Below are positions 58,523-64,000 of a stretch of DNA of 64,000 nucleotides, piece after piece. Under the pieces are notes generated by a model. That model had not been told where the DNA came from. It searched no databases and saw only the letters and a program-made list of their open reading frames with translations. Every line of letters begins with the position of its first letter. Positions within the stretch are counted from its first letter, which is position 1. The position numbers and the translations under genes are program-made. The stretch lies in the NCBI GenBank assembly GCA_963674735.2, contig CAXXQS010000002.1, forward strand, positions 512,001 to 576,000. The letters run 5' to 3'. This DNA comes from Myxococcota bacterium (GTDB lineage Bacteria; Myxococcota_A; SURF-8).

Positions 58523-60385
58523 ATGCCGACCGTGGCGGACATCCTGCATATCGCGCCCCACAAACCGGGCGTTTACCTGATGAAAGATCGGCGCGGGTCG
58601 GTTTTTTACATCGGTAAAGCCAAAGACCTGCACAACCGCATGCACCAGTACATCCATCCCGGCAACGACACGCGGCCGTTCGTGCTGATCCTCGACCGCA
58701 TCCTGGCCGATGTGGAATTCATTCTCACCGCCTCGGAAAAGGAAGCGCTGCTTCTCGAAAACACCTTGATCAAGCGCCACCGGCCGCACTTCAACGTGCG
58801 CATCAAGGACGACAAGAACTACTTCTCTCTCAAGCTCGATATCCGCAAGGATTTCCCGCGTCTGGAGCTGGTGCGCCGCCGACCGAAAAACGACAAGGCC
58901 CTGTATTTCGGCCCCTATTCGTCGGCGAGCCTGGGCCGCCGTATGTGGCGGCTGATCAACAAGCATTTCATGTTGCGCGATTGCAGTGACGCCACTTTCA
59001 AGAACGCGCAGCGTCCCTGCCTGCGTCACCAGATGGGCCGCTGCCACGGCCCCTGTTCCCTGCCCGTCACGCGCGACCGCTATCATGAAGAAATCCGGCA
59101 CGTGCGCCTGCTTTTGGAAGGCCGCGCCGAGGAACTGATTCCCGAGCTGACGGCCATGATGCAGGCGGCGGCAAAGGAGATGGAATACGAACGCGCCGCC
59201 CGCATCCGCGACCAGATCGCGGCGGTTGAAAGCTCGCTCGAACAACAGTCGGTGGATTTGTCACGCAGCGTGGATTGGGACGTCATCGGCTGGAAACGCG
59301 AAGGAGAAACGGCCGCTTTCGCGCTTCTGAAGCTGCGCAACGGGCGGTTGGTCGGACGCCAGGCGCTTTCGGTCGAATGCCGCGCCCTACCCGACCCGCT
59401 GACGGTCGCGCAGTTCATTCAGCAGCACTACCAAACGGCAGCCCCGCCCGCGCGGCTGCTGGTTCCGATTTTGCCCGCCGATCCGGAACCCCTAACCCAA
59501 TGGCTCAGTGAACGGGCCGGACGGCGGGTGACCCTCGCGGTGCCCGAACGCGGCGATGGCCGCCGTCTGATGGGCATCGCCGTCGAAAACGCCGAACACG
59601 ATTTCAGCGAGCGCGCCAGCCGCGCCGCCGACCGTCGCCGCGCCCTTGAACGTCTGGAACGCTCCCTGCGGCTTTCCCAGCGTCCCGAACGCATCGAATG
59701 CGTGGATATCTCCACCTTCCAGGGCAGCCAATCGGTGGGCTCGCTGGTGTGTTTCCTCGACGGCGAACCGGCCCCCGGCGAGTATCGCCGTTACCGACTG
59801 AAAGAAGCCGAACACGGCAAACCCGACGATTTCGCCATGATGTTCGAGTTGCTGTCGCGGCGTTTCCGGCGCGGCCTCTATGAAGGCACCCTGCCCGACC
59901 TGCTGCTGGTGGACGGCGGCAAAGGCCAGCTCAACATCGCCCTCGGGGTGTTGAAGGAACTGGGAATCGAAGGCGTGGATGTGGCCGGATTGGCGAAAAG
60001 CCGTCTCAAAGATGAAGTGGGCGCAGGCGAGGTGGCCGAATCTTTCGAGGGCAAGCTGCGCACCCCGGAACGGATCTTCCGCCCGGGGCAGAAAAATCCG
60101 CTGCTGTTCAAACCGGGCACCGCCGAACTCAACCTGCTGCAACACCTGCGCGACGAGGCCCACCGCTTCGCCATCACCTACCATCGCAAGCTGCGCAGCC
60201 AACGCAACCTGCGTTCGGGGCTGCTGGACATTCCGGGCGTCGGTCCCACCCGCGCGAAAAAACTGCTGGCGCATTTCGGCTCCCTCAAGCGTCTGCGCGA
60301 CACGCCCCCCGAAGCCATCTGTACGCTCCCCGGCTTCACCCCCGAATTGGCCGACCGCATCCTGGAACATCTGAAACGCAGGTAG
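58523..60385 (+). CDS. uvrC: Excinuclease ABC subunit C
   Basis: GIY-YIG (PGVYLM..YIGKAK), UVR motif (YERAARIRD), RIECVDIS, DGGKGQL, RDEAHRFAI and HhH motifs. Confidence 0.97.
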   Translation: MPTVADILHIAPHKPGVYLMKDRRGSVFYIGKAKDLHNRMHQYIHPGNDTRPFVLILDRILADVEFILTASEKEALLLENTLIKRHRPHFNVRIKDDKNYFSLKLDIRKDFPRLELVRRRPKNDKALYFGPYSSASLGRRMWRLINKHFMLRDCSDATFKNAQRPCLRHQMGRCHGPCSLPVTRDRYHEEIRHVRLLLEGRAEELIPELTAMMQAAAKEMEYERAARIRDQIAAVESSLEQQSVDLSRSVDWDVIGWKREGETAAFALLKLRNGRLVGRQALSVECRALPDPLTVAQFIQQHYQTAAPPARLLVPILPADPEPLTQWLSERAGRRVTLAVPERGDGRRLMGIAVENAEHDFSERASRAADRRRALERLERSLRLSQRPERIECVDISTFQGSQSVGSLVCFLDGEPAPGEYRRYRLKEAEHGKPDDFAMMFELLSRRFRRGLYEGTLPDLLLVDGGKGQLNIALGVLKELGIEGVDVAGLAKSRLKDEVGAGEVAESFEGKLRTPERIFRPGQKNPLLFKPGTAELNLLQHLRDEAHRFAITYHRKLRSQRNLRSGLLDIPGVGPTRAKKLLAHFGSLKRLRDTPPEAICTLPGFTPELADRILEHLKRR

Positions 60386-60508
60386 CGCCGGGGTGATTAT
60401 CCCCAGTTCCTCATCCGAGTTGACATTCTATCGAAATTCCAACAAAATAGCGTTTGAACATCTTCCACCAAACAAGCAGGATCGCCCGGTGGTCATGGGA
60501 GTCAGACC

Positions 60509-61933
60509 ATGTTGAACAGCCCATTGAAAGTCTCGCTTTTCGGCGCAGTCCTTCTCGCTCTATTACAGATATCCGGCTGTTCTTCCAAGTCCGATACGGA
60601 CAAGATCGAAGAAGCCTTGGAAGATTTGCTGACCGACAATCTGGAATTCGAAAACAGCACCGTGCAGGAGGGCTCGCCGCCGGAAAGCTCCGAGTCCGCC
60701 GACGCACCGCAGATCAAGCAGGCCAGCGGCGACAACCTGCGCCTGGGGGCACCCTTCGCCTTCAAGCTGGAGTCGGACTTTGCCGCGCCGGAGACCGTCA
60801 GCAAAACCATCGTGTACGTGGATGGCGCAACCAAATACATTGTCGTCGACACCCGGCTGGCGGCCGGTCTCGCCACTCTGATCGGCCGTTTGTCCACCGA
60901 CCGAGACCTGAAGGGCGAGGATTTCGACCTGCAATTCGCCCTGCAAACGGATGACGGCCTCACCGGAAACTACACCACGCTGGATGTGGAGGTGCTCGAC
61001 GAAAGCCCGCAAGATACCGAAAGTGTTGAGGAACTGGCTCTAATGTCGGTGGAGGATGGAACGTTGAACCCCAGCGGACGCCCCGACGGCAGCAGCGCCT
61101 CGGATGTTCCGCAGATAACCGACGTCAAAGGACCGGAAAACCTGGAGCCGGGGGGCGAATTCACCTTCACCCTCACATCCGACTATCCCGGCGCCGTCAA
61201 CGCGGCCATTCTGGCCGTTCCCGGCGGAGAATCCTACTGGCGTATTCCCGGCCAACTGACGGATGGCGAAATGACGGTCAGCAGCACGTTTACCGCCCCC
61301 GACACGGCAGCGGATATTCACCTGGTTCTGCTGTGGGCGCTCGAAGGCGAAAACGGCTCCGGCCTGTACCGAAGCTGGACAACCGATGTGGAAGGCGAAG
61401 CGGACGACCCAACCGACGGCGACGACCCCTCAAACACCACGTTGTCCTCAAATGTCATGAATTCCCTCGGTGAAGTGTCATCGTCATTGAACGACATCCT
61501 GGTACGCCTGATGGCGTCGGACAACGTGCCGGCCGTCTACGAGAGCGGGGAAACCCGTATCGAATACGACACGCAAGACAGCAGCTACTCCGGCCAGTTG
61601 GAAGACGCGGAGGCCGGTGGTGAAGGCTATGCCTCCGTCACTGGAGAATACCGGTTGGATGATGGGCTGTATTACTTCCTGGCGGTCGCAGAATTTCGCG
61701 ACTTCGCAAATCAAGACGGATCCTTCACCTTCTCCGGCCCCTGCAGGCTCGAACAGTCCATGGACGACTCGGTAAACCTCTACACAGGTTCCTATGTCGG
61801 GGAATTGCAAACCAACCTGGGCTTCTGCGAAATAGACTATACGATCGAAATTACGGGCGATTCGGAGAATGTTCACCAATACGGCATTCTCTGCGGACAG
61901 AGTATCGACATCACCAACGGTTCACCGAGCTAG
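60509..61933 (+). CDS. Hypothetical acidic lipoprotein
   Basis: Lipobox ISGC, two similar G.P..S...D.PQI modules and an internal PTDGDD linker. Confidence 0.75.
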   Translation: MLNSPLKVSLFGAVLLALLQISGCSSKSDTDKIEEALEDLLTDNLEFENSTVQEGSPPESSESADAPQIKQASGDNLRLGAPFAFKLESDFAAPETVSKTIVYVDGATKYIVVDTRLAAGLATLIGRLSTDRDLKGEDFDLQFALQTDDGLTGNYTTLDVEVLDESPQDTESVEELALMSVEDGTLNPSGRPDGSSASDVPQITDVKGPENLEPGGEFTFTLTSDYPGAVNAAILAVPGGESYWRIPGQLTDGEMTVSSTFTAPDTAADIHLVLLWALEGENGSGLYRSWTTDVEGEADDPTDGDDPSNTTLSSNVMNSLGEVSSSLNDILVRLMASDNVPAVYESGETRIEYDTQDSSYSGQLEDAEAGGEGYASVTGEYRLDDGLYYFLAVAEFRDFANQDGSFTFSGPCRLEQSMDDSVNLYTGSYVGELQTNLGFCEIDYTIEITGDSENVHQYGILCGQSIDITNGSPS

Positions 61934-61936
61934 ATC

Positions 61937-63040
61937 TTAGCGCCGCGCCGGACGAGCGCAGGCTTTCATCACGAAACGGGAAAACAGAATGGGGTTGGGA
62001 ACGCGGCTCGAACGGATGGCGTGGTCGCAGTCCTGCAAGGCGGCCAGCGCGGCCGCCAGCGAGGCGCGCGTGTGTCCCTGGGCCTGCTTGATACGCTTTT
62101 GCACCACATAAGGGTTGCCCGGATACTGCTTGGACGCCTGCCCCGGCGATAGACCCGCGTCGAGCAGTCGTCGCAGGGCGATCAGTTCCTGATATAAGCG
62201 AATCAAGGCTCCGATCAGCTGGATTTCGTCCTCGGTTTTGGCGTTGTCGAGGTACTTGCCCAGATACATCAAGGCCGCCCCCAGATTGCGCGAGGCCAGC
62301 GAATCCTGCAGGTTCCAGATTTCCTCCAGGCGCGTCGCTCCCACGACGGTTTTGACATCCGCCAGGGTGACGCTGCGGCTTTCGCCTGCAAACAACTCCA
62401 GCTTCTCGATGGCCTGCAGAATCTCGTTGAAATCGACTCCCAAGAGATCCAGCAACACCTGCTCGGCTCCCCGTTCGATCTTCAATTTGCGGCGTCGAAA
62501 TTCGGCACTGACGAAGGGCTGCACGTCCCGCGCGCGTTTGAAAGGCTCCATTTTGACGCAGGCCGCGCTTTCCAGAATAGCGCTTTTGGCCGCCTTCCCG
62601 CCTTTGTTCTGAGTGGGCAGATGTACGCCGATGAACACCAGACAGGTGGTGGGGGCGGGATTCGCCAGATAGGCCAGGGCCTTCGACCAGCCATCGGCGT
62701 TGATCGCGTGAGCGTCTTTGACGATCACCAGCCGTTTGGGGCGCATCATGGGATAGGTTTCGGCCACCTGAATGGCGGTGCCTAGATCGTGCTCGCCCCC
62801 GACGAACACGTTGTAGTTCAAGTCCTTGACGTTGCCGTCCACCACCGCCTTCGTGATCCCTTTCAAGGCCAGATCCAGGAGGTAGTCGTTGAACGGGCTT
62901 TTGCGGTCGCGCTCCAACCCGCGCGGAGGGGTCAGGCTGGCATGAAAATAATAGACCGGCTGCAAATCGCCCGCCTGGATGGCCTTGACCGCTTTCTCTG
63001 CGGTCAGCGACGTTTTGGGACGCGCTCGTTCCTTGGCCAT
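61937..63040 (-). CDS. holA: DNA polymerase III delta subunit
   Basis: PVY, LNYNVF, TYPMM..KRLVIVK, YLANP..TTCLVF, IEKL and D.AIRS motifs. Follows lptE. Confidence 0.88.
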   Translation of the reverse strand: MAKERARPKTSLTAEKAVKAIQAGDLQPVYYFHASLTPPRGLERDRKSPFNDYLLDLALKGITKAVVDGNVKDLNYNVFVGGEHDLGTAIQVAETYPMMRPKRLVIVKDAHAINADGWSKALAYLANPAPTTCLVFIGVHLPTQNKGGKAAKSAILESAACVKMEPFKRARDVQPFVSAEFRRRKLKIERGAEQVLLDLLGVDFNEILQAIEKLELFAGESRSVTLADVKTVVGATRLEEIWNLQDSLASRNLGAALMYLGKYLDNAKTEDEIQLIGALIRLYQELIALRRLLDAGLSPGQASKQYPGNPYVVQKRIKQAQGHTRASLAAALAALQDCDHAIRSSRVPNPILFSRFVMKACARPARR

Positions 63041-63041
63041 G

Positions 63042-63584
63042 TCACCTTCCCTCCGTCAATTCGGCATAAGCCCGCCGCATGATCCGCTCGGCCAACTGCG
63101 CCGTGGCCGTCTGCCGGTTGTCGGCCTGCGCCGTCGTCAATCCCGAACCCAAAACCTCGATACGGTCGCGCAAGGAGCGCTCCCAAACCGTCAATCCGGC
63201 ACGATCCAGCAGTTTCACGTCCACTTCTGCCGACAACACCCACAAAGCCACCCGAGAGCCCGTCTCCGCTTCGCGCCGCGCCAGAGGCCGCAGGTCGAGG
63301 GAGCGGATACGCCCGCGCAATACGAACTCGGCGTCATCCGCGTCGGCCATCGTGAACGCCCGACGTCCCGCAAAAGCACGGCGGGCGGCGGATACGAAAA
63401 GGGTTTCGGCACCCAGTTCCATGCTGTCGTTTGTGAAAACGGGAATCCACAAGCTGCGTCCGGCCGCCGACCAGTTGCTGGGAGCTTCGCCGAAACGATA
63501 GCCGCAGCCGCTAAAGGCCACGCCGAAAATCCATCCCAGCACCAACACCAGGACGCTCCAATCTGGCAATCGATCCGTCTTCAT
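63042..63584 (-). CDS. lptE: LPS assembly lipoprotein LptE-like
   Basis: Lipobox SGCGY, IPVFTNDS.E and ADDAEFVLRG motifs. Upstream of holA. Confidence 0.8.
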   Translation of the reverse strand: MKTDRLPDWSVLVLVLGWIFGVAFSGCGYRFGEAPSNWSAAGRSLWIPVFTNDSMELGAETLFVSAARRAFAGRRAFTMADADDAEFVLRGRIRSLDLRPLARREAETGSRVALWVLSAEVDVKLLDRAGLTVWERSLRDRIEVLGSGLTTAQADNRQTATAQLAERIMRRAYAELTEGR

Positions 63585-63915
63585 GGCCGCACACGGTAGC
63601 AGGCGAAAACCTCGGGGTCAATAGCCAAGCGTAACTCCTTGGATTTAGCGATCTTTACTGCGAAGCAAGCTCAAGATGGCTGCCGACACAAAAATTCCGT
63701 CCCCCTCAACCACCCCGCAGCGAGCCTGTTTGGATCCGATTGAGCCGCCCCGGCACTTACCGAATCGCATCCGGCAAGACCCTCCAGCACGCGTTCACCC
63801 CGTGCGCGGAGGCGTATATTCCGATCTTTACACCACCCGAACAAACTGCTATGATAGGAGCTTGGTTGATATAAAGGGTCGACGATAACGAACAGCTTTC
63901 CAAGGTGGGTGAAGT

Positions 63916-64000
63916 ATGGTGGGTAGATCCATCCTGTTGATGCCGGAAACCAACGAACTCAGCCCGGAAGCCCAAGCCGTTCTCCAACACGTGAACGCGC
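63916..64000 (+). CDS. 5' end of a gene running off the window (MVGRSILLMPETNELSPEAQAVLQHVNA..)
   Basis: Open frame to the window end, AAGGTGGG upstream, and a TGcTATGAT extended -10-like element near 63848. Confidence 0.45.
   Translation, partial: MVGRSILLMPETNELSPEAQAVLQHVNA

Noticed and set aside
63757-63990. Minus-strand 77-aa ORF
   Set aside because: No RBS, atypical codons, and it overlaps a better plus-strand start at 63916.

Overview
GC-rich bacterial chromosomal window. The gene content suggests a deltaproteobacterial or Myxococcota-like organism (inference): an AgmK/GltI-like 4077-aa TPR protein next to a GltJ/AgmX-like protein, and many acidic lipoproteins. Housekeeping genes are PBP1A-tatB-tatC, hisC, uvrC, lptE-holA, tRNA-Phe and rfbC with two glycosyltransferases. 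About 11 secreted proteins or lipoproteins share a (P/T)DGD acidic linker motif. Best leads: (1) a REP-associated tyrosine transposase (RAYT) unit at 40.7-42.05 kb, bounded by 48-bp REP-containing direct repeats, carrying an AT-rich cargo gene and abutting a second 117-bp REP-doublet family that has a near-identical copy 21 kb away; (2) a 17-bp operator-like motif upstream of a WYL regulator that recurs (16/17) in a gene-free 635-bp region at 39.25 kb; (3) a three-gene cluster of giant Ig-repeat lipoproteins whose frameshifts look like sequencing errors; (4) a structured ~250-nt leader ahead of the giant TPR gene. No CRISPR array, rRNA or prophage was seen. All domain calls come from reading motifs by eye; no searches were run.
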